Shown here one piece after another: positions 48,205 through 60,336 of a stretch of 64,000 nucleotides of DNA. The position numbers and the translations under genes are program-made. The notes under the pieces were generated by a model. It made no database searches. It had not been told where the DNA came from and saw only the letters and a program-made list of their open reading frames with translations. Where the stretch lies: NCBI RefSeq assembly GCF_046119375.1, contig NW_027362763.1, positions 845,370,001 to 845,434,000 on the forward strand, given 5' to 3'. Every line of letters begins with the position of its first letter. The stretch's first letter is position 1. This DNA is from Phyllobates terribilis. Taxonomy: Eukaryota.

Positions 48205-50785
48205 GAGAGACAATTTAAATTAAAAAGCTTAGAGCTGCCTCCACCACAGGGGGGCTCGCTCGACCCACCAGCGGACAGGCACCAGTATTGGGAGAGGGGG
48301 GCTGGCCGTCAGGGTTCACCGCGGCTCTGGCACAAACCCGGCGACACGGAGGTGGCACGGGCAGGAGCGGACTGAACTTGTCGGCTTCTCACTTTTTGGA
48401 TTTTAGAAGGGCATGACATGCCTATATCTGTGTCTCCCCCTCCTTTTACTCCTCCACCTCGTTTCTTTTCGCATGACTATATGTACTTGTCACTTTTCCA
48501 TGTGTTAGTTGTGTCTTCTGAGCAGTTTGTCAGCTTTTGGACACCTTTGAAGGTGTTTTCTATGTGTTTCTATGTGTTTTTGTTTGCCTGCCATTGGTTT
48601 TAACGGTGTTCGAAGGTGTTCGACGAACAGTTCGACGAACAGTTCGGCGAACACACGGGTGTTCGACGAACCGAACCGAACTCGAACACTACGGGGGTGG
48701 CTCAACCCTACTTATAATAAGAAAACATTAAAACTCTTTCAGTCACTGCTGTTGCTGGCATAAAATGTTTGTAGTAGTATAAAAATCCTAAATGATTCAA
48801 AATTTTACTGTTTTATAAAAAAAAATGCTCAAAGTATAAATTAGGATTTAACACTATTATAGGACTCATTTAAGTAAATTAAAAGCAAAGTTGTATCTGT
48901 AGCTTCCAAAGGATGCAATGAATGTATGGAGATTTAGCTATCTTAAATGGAGCTTTCTAGGTGCACTGGTATCATAGCACTCCCCAATATTTCTAATAAA
49001 AGATGGTGGCCTGAGTTGCTGCTCATTTATTTTGTATGAGATTGCCTCTGCAGTGCAATGCAACGTGGAACAATATTTAAGCAGAGTTGTGTGCCATCTA
49101 TAAAAATGGCACTTGTAACATTTGATTGTATTGTGGTCTGGGTACTTGGCTTAAACCAAAAAAAATAAGTTGTGAAGAAGAATGTTGTATCTACTTTCCA
49201 GTTGCATTACAAAAGCTTAGTGACACTTATGGTTATTTACACGGCAAGATTATCATAGACGATTGTTCCTAGGAATACTTGCTCCACAATAATCATGTAG
49301 TCTAAACAGTCTGCCGATCACCAGATGGACGAGGCAAAATGCTAGGTCTTCAGATGAAATAATCTTTTGCGTTGCACAAAAGATCATCATTCTCGGCAGC
49401 ACATAATACTGTGTAAACAGGACTTGTGCAGTTGACGCGCCCTGGGCCTATGTGATGCAGCGTTGCGCACGCAGGGACTACCCGGAGCCGGATCTGATAG
49501 GGGTAGTAGTCTCGTGGCGGTGACCCGGTCCGTGCCCAGGGAGTCAGACTAAGTGGCGGTATATTAGCAGTAGATGTAGAACGACTACGCCACCCGTTGA
49601 ATGCAGCTATGGAGCTGCCGCTGCAGGGCAAACCGCTGAGGCCGGTGGGAGGATGGTGCAGCGTGGATGGTATAACCCCCAACGGGAGGGGTATGGCCTC
49701 AGGGCAGCCGACGTGGATGATGGGGGTAGCAGGAATCACTCAGAGACGATACGGTGTAGTTCAGGGTCTTTACTGGTGACAAAGATAGACCCTCCCGGAG
49801 TACTGGCTAGCGGTCGGGGCCTGGTCAGTCCTTGAGCAGATGGGATCCCCCTTGGCCAGGCGGAGTTGTAGGCCTCCCCAACTAATTGTACTCTTCTGGC
49901 TACCTTGCTAGAGGCGGGTAAAGGTAGCCCACGTCCCTGAGTGTACCGCGTGGTGCTCACCCGTATGGCCGGTGACTCGGGGCCTTCTAGTAGCTTCCGC
50001 TCCACGACGGCGGTGCTGGTCCCACACGTGTGACCGAGCCTTCGGGTTTCTGGGCCAGAGGACCTGAAATCCCCTGCCGGTCAGTTTCTGCTGCTGGGTA
50101 GGAGTTAGTCCCCACAGCCTCGGACTCCGGGTCCGGTAAGAAATCTTCAATCAGGACGAGCTCTACAGCTTCCAGCCCTGATCTCCTCTTAGCACGACTC
50201 CCACAGAGCTCCTGATCTTTCTTTCCTATCACTGCTTCTCTTCTTCTCTCTACTCTTCTTCTCTAACCCTGCCTCAGCCCCAGGTTTATATAGGGGAAGT
50301 CCTTCCCCTCCCAGGACTGGGCAGGAGGTGTGGCATGCATAGGATTCCTGACCAAGAGACCTCCCACCTGCTCTCAGACATAACACTGCTGTTACTGTGG
50401 AAACCAGACCCCTGGGGTGCCACATTCCCCCCTAGTGAAATTTAGTACTCCGGGACTAAACATATTTTAGAAAAACATAACCAATACAAACAGAAACGGT
50501 ACAATAGAAAAAAAACATATTAGAATGGTCACGGCGTGTCCGCAACCGGGTGCAGTTTTTGAAGAAAAGCAAGGTGTCCATTTCACCAAAACAGGGAGAC
50601 GTAACCAGGTAGGGGTCTGTCCTGCCCCGAGTCCTTAACAGTCTTTAGTCCATTCCTAAGTTACGCTCCAACCAATTGTACAAGGATTCCCGGTAAATCC
50701 ACCAAGGACTCCTAAAAATAACTAGAAACACATAATTATTTACAAGTAACAGACAGGTGACCACAAATAAAACAATTTAAACACT

Positions 50786-53700
50786 TCAAATTCTCCAACG
50801 TGCGGGTAACTGGCCTTTAGTGGCCCTAGTGGACCTACGGAGCTGACTGTCTGGCCCTGAACTACAGGGTGTAGGAGCTGTCAAGGGTAAACTGGGCAGC
50901 TGTCTACAGGCCCTTTGGCTCACTAGGGGTATGGCAGGCTCACTATAAGCAGAGGGTTGATCCTCCTGATCTGCTTGTGTGGAGTCTTCTGCCTCCTGGA
51001 CCGGCTGTTCTTCCAGCTCTACCGGTTGCTCCGTGAGTACTTGGGATGCTGGTTGGAGGAACGTGAGGACGGGTACCACAACTGCACCATTGACTTGAGT
51101 CCAGGACCGAGGGAAGTCTCCGAGCACAGTACTAACCACATCTTCCCTTTCCTCTACGGGTCGAGGGTCTTCTTGTTCCTCTTCAGGATTCCGTAAGCTG
51201 TTCGGGACACTTCTTCAGGTGATCCCGGGATACAATGGTTGTGGTTTCCCCTCTGTCTTTACTGATGGTACAGACCTTCGGGTTGTCGTGGCTTGAGGGC
51301 AGTATGATGTACGGGTCCTTCTCCCACTGGTCGTCCAACTTGTGGAGCCGTCTTTTCCTCTTCAAGACCTGCTCTCCGGGTACCAAGGGAACAGCGGGAG
51401 CATACTGGTTGTAAGTTTTCTCTTGTCTTTCCCTAGCTAGACAGAGACTTCGCTCCACGCTCTCCTGTACTTTCCGGTACTGCTGCTGCCTCTCTGTGTC
51501 CCAGTCTGCTTCCGGTGAAGTGTCCTCGGGTGTCAGGACTCCCATCTCCAGGTCAACAGGTAGCTTACCGGGTCTTGCCCTCATTAGGTAAGCCGGGGTA
51601 CAGTTGGTGGAACCTACAGGGATGTAGTTGTATAGGTCCACCAGGTCGGGCAGCTTCTCAGGCCACAGACTGCGTTCTTCCAGGGGCAATGTTTTTAGAA
51701 GATCTATCACCACCTGGTTCATTTTCTCACAAAGTCCATTAGTTTGCGGATGATAGGGTGTCGTCCTGATCTTCCGGCAGCCATACAGAGTACAGAACTC
51801 TTGGAAGACCTCCGCTTCAAAGGCAGGTCCCTGGTCCGTCAGCACCTGCTCTGGGTAGCCGTGTGGACGGCAGAAGTGCTGCTGGAAGGCTCTAGCTGCT
51901 GTTTGAGCCGTTAAGTCCTTGACGGGGACGACAACCAAGAACCGGGAGTAGTGATCCACGATGGTTAATGCGTAGACGTAGCCACTTCTGCTTGGGGTCA
52001 GTTTTACATGATCCAAGGCTACCAGTTCCAACGGCTGCCGGGTGACGATGGACTGAAGGGGGGTCTTCTGGCTGGCACGGTCCTTCCTTCTTAGGTTGTA
52101 TGGGCCACAGTCTCTGCACCACCTCTCGATGGTTCCTCTCATGCCTACCTAATGGAACCGCCCGCGCAGCAGGAACTCCAGCTTCTTCCATCCGAAGTGC
52201 CCAGCCCCGTCGTGGTATGCCTCCATCACCATAGCTGCGTCCCTTCTTGGCACCACTACTTGCCAGATCAGTTCATGCGTCCGGGAGTTAACCATTCTGC
52301 GGCACAACTTCCCCTTGTAAAGGAACAGTCGACTCTTCTCTGCCCACAGTTGCTTGGCCTCCTCCGGAGCGTCTGGGTCAAGGCGAGCTTCTGGCTGAGT
52401 CAGCATCTCCTTCACCAGCCGGACGGCAGGGTCACTGTCTTGCGTTTCCGCCCAGTTGTAGTGAGGTAAGGGGTTGAACGTAGCGGCTTGCTTACCCCTT
52501 ACACGGTGGGAATACTGGATAGTCCCATGACGGTGGAACGCAGGGAGTTCGACCTCTTTCAAATCTTCTGAATCCTCACCCTCGTCCGGTAGGTTTGGCA
52601 TCCTGGACAGGGCGTCCGCGTTGGTATTGGAGCGTCCTGCCCGGTATTTGATTGTAAACTCATAGTTGGACAAGCGGGCCATCCATCTCTGCTCTAGGGC
52701 ACCGAGTCTTGCAGTGTCCAGGTGTGTCAACGGGTTGTTATCCGTGTACACGGTGAACCGGGAAGAAGCGAGGTAGTGCTTAAAGCGTTCGGTGACTGCC
52801 CACACCACTGCCAGGAACTCTAGCTTAAATGAGCTGTAATTCTCAGGATTTCTTTCGGTGGGTCGCAGTTTTCGGCTGGCGTAAGCAATTACCCGTTCTT
52901 TCCCCTGCTGGATCTGGGATAGTACGGCTCCTAGCCCGATGTTACTGGCGTCGGTGTAGAGGATAAAGGGTTGGCTATAATCAGGGTACGCCAGGATTTC
53001 ATCCCCCGTGAGGGCCATCTTCAGCTGGCGGAAGGACTCTTCTTCCAACTTCTCCCATCTGAAGGGCGGCTTCTGGTTCTTGGCCTTCCTGGACTGGCCT
53101 ATCAGGAGGTCCTGCATAGGAGCTGCCTTTTTGGTGAAACCGGGTATGAACCTTCGGTAGTAGCCTATCAACCCGAGGAACTGCCTCACTTCCTTTACAC
53201 TGGAGGGGCTTGGCCATTCCTTAATTGCGGTGATCTTATCAGGGTCGGGAGCCACTCCGTCAGCAGTCACCACGTGTCCCAGGTACTGCACCTTTGGCTT
53301 CAGGAGGTGACACTTGGAGGGTTTCACCTTTAGGCCGTAACTTGCCAGAGCTTCAAACACTTCCGCCAGGTGCTTCGGGTGGTCCTCGTAGGTTTTGGAG
53401 TAGACGATGACATCGTCCAGGTATAACAGGACCGTCTCAAAGTTCCGGTGTCCCAGACAGCACTCCATCAATCGCTGGAAGGTTCCTGGTGCATTGCAGA
53501 GTCCAAACGGCATGCAGGTAAACTCACTAAGTCCCATCGGGGTGGTGAATGCGGTCTTTTCCCTATCCGCCTCTGCTACAGGAACCTGCCAGTACCTGCT
53601 AGTGAGATCCAAGGTGGAGAAGAAGTTAGCAGATTTTAAAGCAGCCAAAGACTCCTCTATTCTTGGTAAGGGGAACACATCTTTGTGTGTGATACGGTTT

Positions 53701-55043
53701 ATTTTCCGGTAATCTACACACATTCTCATGGTGTTGTCTTTCTTTTTGACCAAGACTAGTGGAGCTGCCCAGGGGCTACAGCTTTCCCTGATTACCCCAG
53801 CCTCCTTCATGTCTCTAAGCATTCCCTTGGCGTGTTGGTAGTGTGCAAGGGGTACGGGTCGATACCTCTCTTTTATGGGAGGATGGTCTCCCGTGGGGAT
53901 GTGATGTTCTACCCCCTTGACTCGCCCGAAGTCTAACGGGTGTTTACTAAACACTCTCTCGTACTCTTGAACCACCCGGTAGACTCCCTGTTTCTGGTGG
54001 GAGGGAGTGGAGTCAGTACCCAAATGTAGTTGCTGACACCAATCCTCCATTTGTTGTTTAGAGCCGTTACCTTCCTCCGGAGAAGATGGAGGCAAGGGTT
54101 CTACGGACTGTATAGAATTCTGATTGATGGTATACAATTTGGCTAGCGTGGCATACCGGGGCAGGTACACTTCCCTCTTCCCGATATTTATTATGCGAAC
54201 GGGCACCCTCCCATGGCGTACATTGACCACCCCCCGTGCTGTCAAAATGGTGGGCCTACTGTCTGAGTAAACTGGTTCTACCATTGCCTGGTAATCTCTA
54301 CCTCTCAGACCAATAGCCGCCCGGCACCAAATCATCATTTCACTTTTTGGGGGCATGGCAATAGGGAAAGGGTCACACATTCTCACGCTACCAATCTTAC
54401 CGCCGGAGAGTTCCACCTGTTGCCGTCGCATCAGTGCCCGGATCTCTTTTTGGAGCACTCGCTGCTGGCCGGAGCTGGCGTTCTTGGCAACCTGCTGTAA
54501 AATAAAAATCACCTCTGCAAGACAATTTTCAATTACATTAGTTCCTAGAGTTATCTTAGGGTGACTCTCGCGCTTATCAATGTCCACAATGATCAGTCCC
54601 TGGGCTGCCAGCTCGACTCTACCGATTTTAATGGTCACCTCTTTAAATCCGATCTGTGGCACGGGCTGACCATTGCTGGCGATGATACTCAAGTCGTCGT
54701 CAGGGTAGCGGGTTATATCCGAGTCATTCCAGTACTGCTTGAAGAGCACGTACGGGATGGTGGTGACCTGTGACCCAGTGTCCAGTAGGGCACTCATAGG
54801 AATGCCATCCAGTACCACAGGCAAGACTGGACGTCCTCCCACATATTTGTCACGCCAGTTTGATGGGCCTGATGATCTTTTTCCTAGGGGTTGGCCCTCT
54901 ACCCTAGGTTGTGCCAGTTTAAAGGACAGTACCTTGCCATATGTCCGGGTTGATTGCAGCGGCGGCAGATAGGTTGTCCGTCCTCGTTGTATCGGTCGCT
55001 GGGTCTTCCTCTGGCCGGTGGGGTCCTCCTTGGTCGGCGCCAC
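50786..55043 (-). pseudogene. Gypsy #2 Pol (protease, RT, RNase H, integrase), disrupted
   Basis: LLDTGSQ, YLDD, RNase H and integrase DDE motifs; in-frame TAG at 52149-52151 (likely TGG>TAG) and a 1-bp frameshift near 51185. Confidence 0.92.
54865..54923 (-). promoter_or_regulatory. -1 frameshift signal: T TTA AAC slippery site plus predicted pseudoknot
   Basis: Heptamer at 54917-54923, 8-nt spacer, stem 1 54902-54908 with 54883-54889, stem 2 54893-54897 with 54865-54869; pol is -1 relative to gag. Confidence 0.75.
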
Positions 55044-55879
55044 GGGATGTCCTCCGGTCCGGATGCCAGCTGGATCTTCCCTGGAGTAGAAACCTGTAAA
55101 GACTGCACAGTTCGGGTTAGCGCAGCAACGCTTTTAGCTAGCTCTTGGACCTGATGGTGCAGGTCGGGAGCCGGGTCATTGTTCAAAGCCTGCGCATCAG
55201 CTCCCACAGGCCCTGCCGACAAGGGCGCCGCCTCTTGGTGGTAAGTGGTAGTGGGGCGTCTGAGGGTCACAACGCCACCTGGTGCCGGTTCTCGGAGCAC
55301 CCGGATGGCTCTGTCCTTGAACTGTGCAAATCCCAGATGAGGGTCCTGTAAGGCCATTGCCCGCAACTGGGTTCGGTGGGCATTGCAATATAAACCCTCT
55401 ATAAATTGTTCAGTCAACAGCCGGTCCTCGTCTCCCACGCCGTCAGGGTCGGTCTGCTTAATGGCTCTCAGGGCCTCTTGTAGGTTTAGTGCATAGTCCC
55501 TTATACTCTCTTGTGCTCGCTGCTTGCACCCGTAGAATCTAAGCTTGATCTCGGCTGAGGTGCGGGTATCAAAGGTATCCTTCAGCCGGGTTAGTATCCC
55601 TGCGACAGTCCTTCCCCCAGGTGGCCAGGACTTTACCTCCCTTTGGGCTGCCCCAGTTAATTGGGCCACCAGGATGCTCACTTTTTGCTCTTCTGTGAGG
55701 GGGTACACCTTGAAGAGGCTATCCAGCTTTTCTCTAAAGTCATGCAGAGTATGTGACTCCCCTGAGTACTGGGGTAGCCAGGCCGCTCCCGGGATATAGG
55801 GCATGGTGAAAGGCATGACTGCAGCAGCGGTGGCGCTGGCGGGGGTTGAGGCAGTGAAGCTCTCCTCCGTATCCGACAT
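54899..55879 (-). CDS. Gypsy #2 Gag (PNMA-like capsid, CCHC knuckle)
   Basis: 326-aa ORF ending ICRRCNQPGHMARYCP. Confidence 0.9.
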   Translation of the reverse strand: MSDTEESFTASTPASATAAAVMPFTMPYIPGAAWLPQYSGESHTLHDFREKLDSLFKVYPLTEEQKVSILVAQLTGAAQREVKSWPPGGRTVAGILTRLKDTFDTRTSAEIKLRFYGCKQRAQESIRDYALNLQEALRAIKQTDPDGVGDEDRLLTEQFIEGLYCNAHRTQLRAMALQDPHLGFAQFKDRAIRVLREPAPGGVVTLRRPTTTYHQEAAPLSAGPVGADAQALNNDPAPDLHHQVQELAKSVAALTRTVQSLQVSTPGKIQLASGPEDIPWRRPRRTPPARGRPSDRYNEDGQPICRRCNQPGHMARYCPLNWHNLG

Positions 55880-56297
55880 CTTCCTCCCCCCTAGTGGACC
55901 GTGGCCTACCTTGCGATGATCCTCTTCCGTAGGCCGCGGCTCCGCAGTGGATCGTCAGGGTTGAGGACCTTCCGTCGCGCTCCTGTGACGTCGGCGTCTG
56001 CTGGGCTCCTTCCAGGACCTTACGCAACGTCCGGACGTGAGGCGGGGCTTCAGTTCTCGTGCGCTTTCGGAGTCCACGCCCCTCTTCTTCCCGCGCGGCG
56101 TCTTCAAGATGGCGTCCAACGGCGGGAAAACTCCACGGATGGCGGGAAGAAGGCAGAAGATGGTGCCGGATGGCGGGAAAACTTCGCGGATGGCGGGAAG
56201 AAGGTAGAAGATGGCGCCGGATGGCGGGAATCTTCACCACTGGTAAGTTTGAACAGTCTTTTTCAGGCACGCAGTACCCGGTGGTTGCAGGCACGAG

Positions 56298-56315
56298 ATC
56301 CTGCCGACTACGCCA
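56298..56315 (-). promoter_or_regulatory. Primer-binding site for tRNA-Ser
   Basis: Plus strand ATCCTGCCGACTACGCCA equals the 3' 18 nt of vertebrate tRNA-Ser(AGA/TGA) including CCA (from recall); 5 nt from the 5' LTR. Confidence 0.85.
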
Positions 56316-57486
56316 AAAGTTGACGTGCCCTGGGCCTATGTGATGCAGCGTTGCGCACGCAGGGACTACCCGGAGCCGGATCTGATAGGGGTAGTAGTCT
56401 CGTGGCGGTGACCCGGTCCGTGCCCAGGGAGTCAGACTAAGTGGCGGTATATTAGCAGTAGATGTAGAACGACTACGCCACCCGTTGAATGCAGCTATGG
56501 AGCTGCCGCTGCAGGGCAAACCGCTGAGGCCGGTGGGAGGATGGTGCAGCGTGGATGGTATAACCCCCAACGGGAGGGGTATGGCCTCAGGGCAGCCGAC
56601 GTGGATGATGGGGGTAGCAGGAATCACTCAGAGACGATACGGTGTAGTTCAGGGTCTTTACTGGTGACAAAGATAGACCCTCCCGGAGTACTGGCTAGCG
56701 GTCGGGGCCTGGTCAGTCCTTGAGCAGATGGGATCCCCCTTGGCCAGGCGGAGTTGTAGGCCTCCCCAACTAATTGTACTCTTCTGGCTACCTTGCTAGA
56801 GGCGGGTAAAGGTAGCCCACGTCCCTGAGTGTACCGCGTGGTGCTCACCCGTATGGCCGGTGACTCGGGGCCTTCTAGTAGCTTCCGCTCCACGACGGCG
56901 GTGCTGGTCCCACACGTGTGACCGAGCCTTCGGGTTTCTGGGCCAGAGGACCTGAAATCCCCTGCCGGTCGGTTTCTGCTGCTGGGTAGGAGTTAGTCCC
57001 CACAGCCTCGGACTCCGGGTTCGGTAAGAAATCTTCAATCAGGGCGAGCTCTACAGCTTCCAGCCCTGATCTCCTCTTAGCACGACTCCCACAGAGCTCC
57101 TGATCTTTCTTTCCTATCACTGCTTCTCTTCTTCTCTCTACTCTTCTTCTCTAACCCTGCCTCAGCCCCAGGTTTATATAGGGGAAGTCCTTCCCCTCCC
57201 AGGACTTGGCAGGAGGTGTGGCATGCATAGGATTCCTGACCAAGAGACCTCCCACCTGCTCTCAGACATAACACTGCTGTTACTGTGGAAACCAGACCCC
57301 TGGGGTGCCACACAGTCAAGACCAAAGGCACCCTACCTGCACTGAATAATCTATTACAGATCGATCAGTGTGCATCATTATGCACAGTCTGCCTGTCTAA
57401 GCAAGCTATTAAATGACCGCCGCTTGGTAAATATTTACCAATCGACGGTTGTATAATACTGTAAGTTGGGTGGTGTAAACCCACAT

Positions 57487-58432
57487 TTAGGCTGCGTGCC
57501 CACTATGCGTTTTTAAAGTGTTTTTGCCTCAGAATTTCCGCAGCGAAAACGCTTAAAAAAAAAAATTGATAATACATGCCCCATGATACCCAATGATAAT
57601 CCGCATGCGCTGTGCACATATTGCGGAAATTTCCGCTGCGGATTATAATTGTGGAAAAATCCGTAGCATGTCCATTATTTCTGCAGATACGCTGTGTAAT
57701 CGCCGCCATTGACTTGCATTGAATCACTTAATATCCGCATGACTACATGTACACATGCGGATATTAAGTGATTCAATGTGCGGATGGTACCCGGGTCTGG
57801 AGAAGAGGAGACTCTCCTCCAGACCCAGGTACCATAGTACCTGTAGTTAAAAAAGAATTAAAATAAAAAAAACATTATACTTACCTTCTGATGGCCCCGG
57901 TCTCCTCAGTGATGCGTCCTGGCTCCCCGGCGTTTCGCGAAGGTGTAAAAGGACCTTCCATGACGTCATTTAGTCATGTGACAGGTCACGCGACCGCTGA
58001 AGTCAGCGGGCGCGTGACCTGTCACATGCCTAAATGACATCATAGAAGGTAACTTTACACCACCGCGAGCCGTACAAGAGACCGGACGCACCGTACAGGA
58101 GACCGGGGGCCATCAGAAGGTAAGTATAATGTTTTATTTTATTTTTTACCATTTTTATTCTTTTTTTAACTATTAACTTGGTCACACTTTATAAATCCAT
58201 GCCGGTTGCATGGATTTATATAGTGTGACCAAGTTGTCAAGCAATTTTTCAAGTGATGCTAAAATCGCTTGGAAAGCGCTTTATAACCCGCATGCAGAAA
58301 TGCATGTGAAGAACGCTTGACAAACGCTTCTACCTGACAGGAAAAACGCATGTAAAATCCGCATGCGTTTTTCCTGCCAGGGAGATGCAGAAAAAATCAG
58401 CAGCATTTCTGCATCGTGGGCACTTAGCCTAA
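57487..58432. mobile_element. Foldback T2-type MITE with long internal hairpin
   Basis: Termini TTAGGCTGCGTGCCCAC / GTGGGCACTTAGCCTAA; inverted arms about 57835-58150 centred on ATGTGACAGGTCACGCG...CGCGTGACCTGTCACAT. Confidence 0.75.
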
Positions 58433-58507
58433 GAGATCTGAATGTGATAATATTGTGAACAGAGTGCAGCACTATAATTCAGGCTGTTACTCTGCATCAG
58501 TACAAGA

Positions 58508-58508
58508 T

Positions 58509-58539
<31 letters not shown>

Positions 58540-58575
58540 GTATGCATATATATATATTCAGTGTGTGTATATATA
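58508..58575. repeat. Imperfect (TA)n/(TG)n microsatellite
   Basis: Direct reading of the sequence. Confidence 0.85.
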
Positions 58576-58810
58576 CAGTACAGACCAAAAGTTTGGACAC
58601 ACCTTCTCATTTAAAGATTTTTCTGTATTTTCATGACTATGAAAATTGTACATTCACACTGAAGGCATCAAAACTATGAATTAACACATGTGGAATTATA
58701 TACTTAACAAAAAAGTGTGAAACAACTGAAAATATGTCTTATATTCTAGGTTCTTCAAAGTAGCTACCCTTGGCTTTGATGACTGCTTTGCACACTCTTT
58801 GCATTCTCTT
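58576..58810. mobile_element. Tc1 ITR remnant (family of 27014-28642)
   Basis: TA + CAGTACAGACCAAAAGTTTGGACACACC..., truncated at about 58810. Confidence 0.9.
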
Positions 58811-60206
58811 TATTTTACATTTAACATTTTACAACTTTATCTGGCCATGTGGTGTGTGACACATCATCAGACACATGCATACAGTGCTGAAAAGACATGG
58901 GAACAGCATGGGAAAAACCTCTGGAAGCATCTCTGACTCCCAGGTCACTGCCTAAAAGTGTGCCCATCATAAGTGATCCTTGGTGCATGCCTTTTAGGCT
59001 CGTGGAGGCGGAAGCTTTTCATAACCTCATGCCGGCAGCGGCTGGGTGTCCATACTCAGTCCCCAGCCGCCACTATTTCTCCTGGTATCGTCTCCGCCTT
59101 CCACAAGCACGGGTCCCACAACATTACCCGTGCCCTCCCCAGTGCACTTACTGGGAAGGACCGCCTAACCATAAACACGTGGACAAGTGAATGTAGCCAG
59201 GGACGGTACGGAGCCAGTCCACAGCTTTTTTTGCTGAGAGTTGTATTTCACCACAGCCATATTCTTTAGCTCAGTGAAAGGACTGGCATAGTGGGAATCC
59301 GCATCTACTCTAGGTGTCATTTCTCCCAAGAAGTCCTCTAATGCAGCTTGTTGCAGAAGCATTGCCAGCCCGTCCAACATCAAGCACCACTTGTCGGTGG
59401 TGCTTTGTCACACAAACATCTTTCTTTGCGCATTTAATATCATGACTACAGAGTTGGGCAATGGCCTGATCTGCAATGCGGTTTGAGAAATAACATGCAT
59501 AACCACATCCGATCCACATTAAAAAAGCAGACATAGAGTGTCCGGGAACCTTCCCCCACACTTTTCTTAGCCAGGGCTGCTTCTCGGCAGGGTTGGACGG
59601 GCCCACCAGAAAACCGGAGACTCCTCCGGTAGGCCCTGGCTTCTCCTTCAGGACAGTTCATAGTGATGAGGTAAGGCCATGATGATGATAGAGGCCACCA
59701 TCTGCTTAGTTTTCTGTTACTTGGAATGCAAGCGTAAGTATGCATCCAGCCACCCACCCACGCACTTACCTACAGGCCGCAATACTAAACTGCCAGATTT
59801 CTGGGCAGCTGCTTGCACTTGAAATGTGGCCTTTTAGGCTCGTGGAAGCGGAAGCTTTTCACAACCTCATGCCTCGTGTCCATACTCGGTCCCCAGGGGC
59901 CACTATTTCTCCCGGTGTTGTCTCCGCCTTCTACAAGCACGGGTCCCTGAACATTACTGCTGGCACTTTTCTGTGGGAATCTGCTTGCCTCCTATCAGCC
60001 TGGAATATTTCCAGTAAACTATGGTACGACGCCATTGTATTAGCACTGCCTCTAGTACCAGTAGCGAAGCCATCCCCAATTTCCTTCTCAGGAATTTTAT
60101 TTGGTAGACTGAGTGGCTGCCCAAGTACATTAGTTTCTCACAAAGGAGCTGAAAATAGAGTGGCAGTAGGTGCAATTTTCTCCAGCCTGTTAAATATCAG
60201 CGGGTG

Positions 60207-60336
60207 AACAGCAGCACATTGGATCAGTGGTTAGCACTGAAGCCTTGCAGCGCTGGGATCATGGGTTCAAATCCCAGCAAGGACAACATCTGCAAGGATT
60301 TTGTATGTTCTCCACGTGTTTGCGTGGGTTTCCACC
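60207..60336 (+). mobile_element. 5' half of a tRNA-derived V-SINE-like element
   Basis: A-box-like TGGATCAGTGG, B-box GGTTCAAATCC, then TGTATGTTCTCCACGTGTTTGCGTGGGTTTCC core. Confidence 0.75.

Larger units (their letters stand above)
37702..48710 (+). mobile_element. Large hAT DNA transposon #2 (11.0 kb including nested inserts)
   Basis: Perfect 8-bp TSD CTTATAAT (37694-37701, 48711-48718); imperfect TIRs TAGAGATGAGCG / TAGGGTTGAGCC; subterminal TTCG/CGAAC repeats. Confidence 0.92.
49433..57312 (-). mobile_element. Full-length Ty3/Gypsy LTR retrotransposon #2
   Basis: Two 992-bp TG...CA LTRs (49433-50424, 56321-57312, about 5 differences by eye); 4-bp TSD CAGT; PPT at 50425-50437; tRNA primer site. 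Confidence 0.95.

Noticed and set aside
55740-56627. 295-aa ORF upstream of gag in Gypsy #2 as an extra gene
   Set aside because: It starts in the LTR, crosses the PBS and repeated leader motifs, and overlaps gag out of frame; no recognisable domain.
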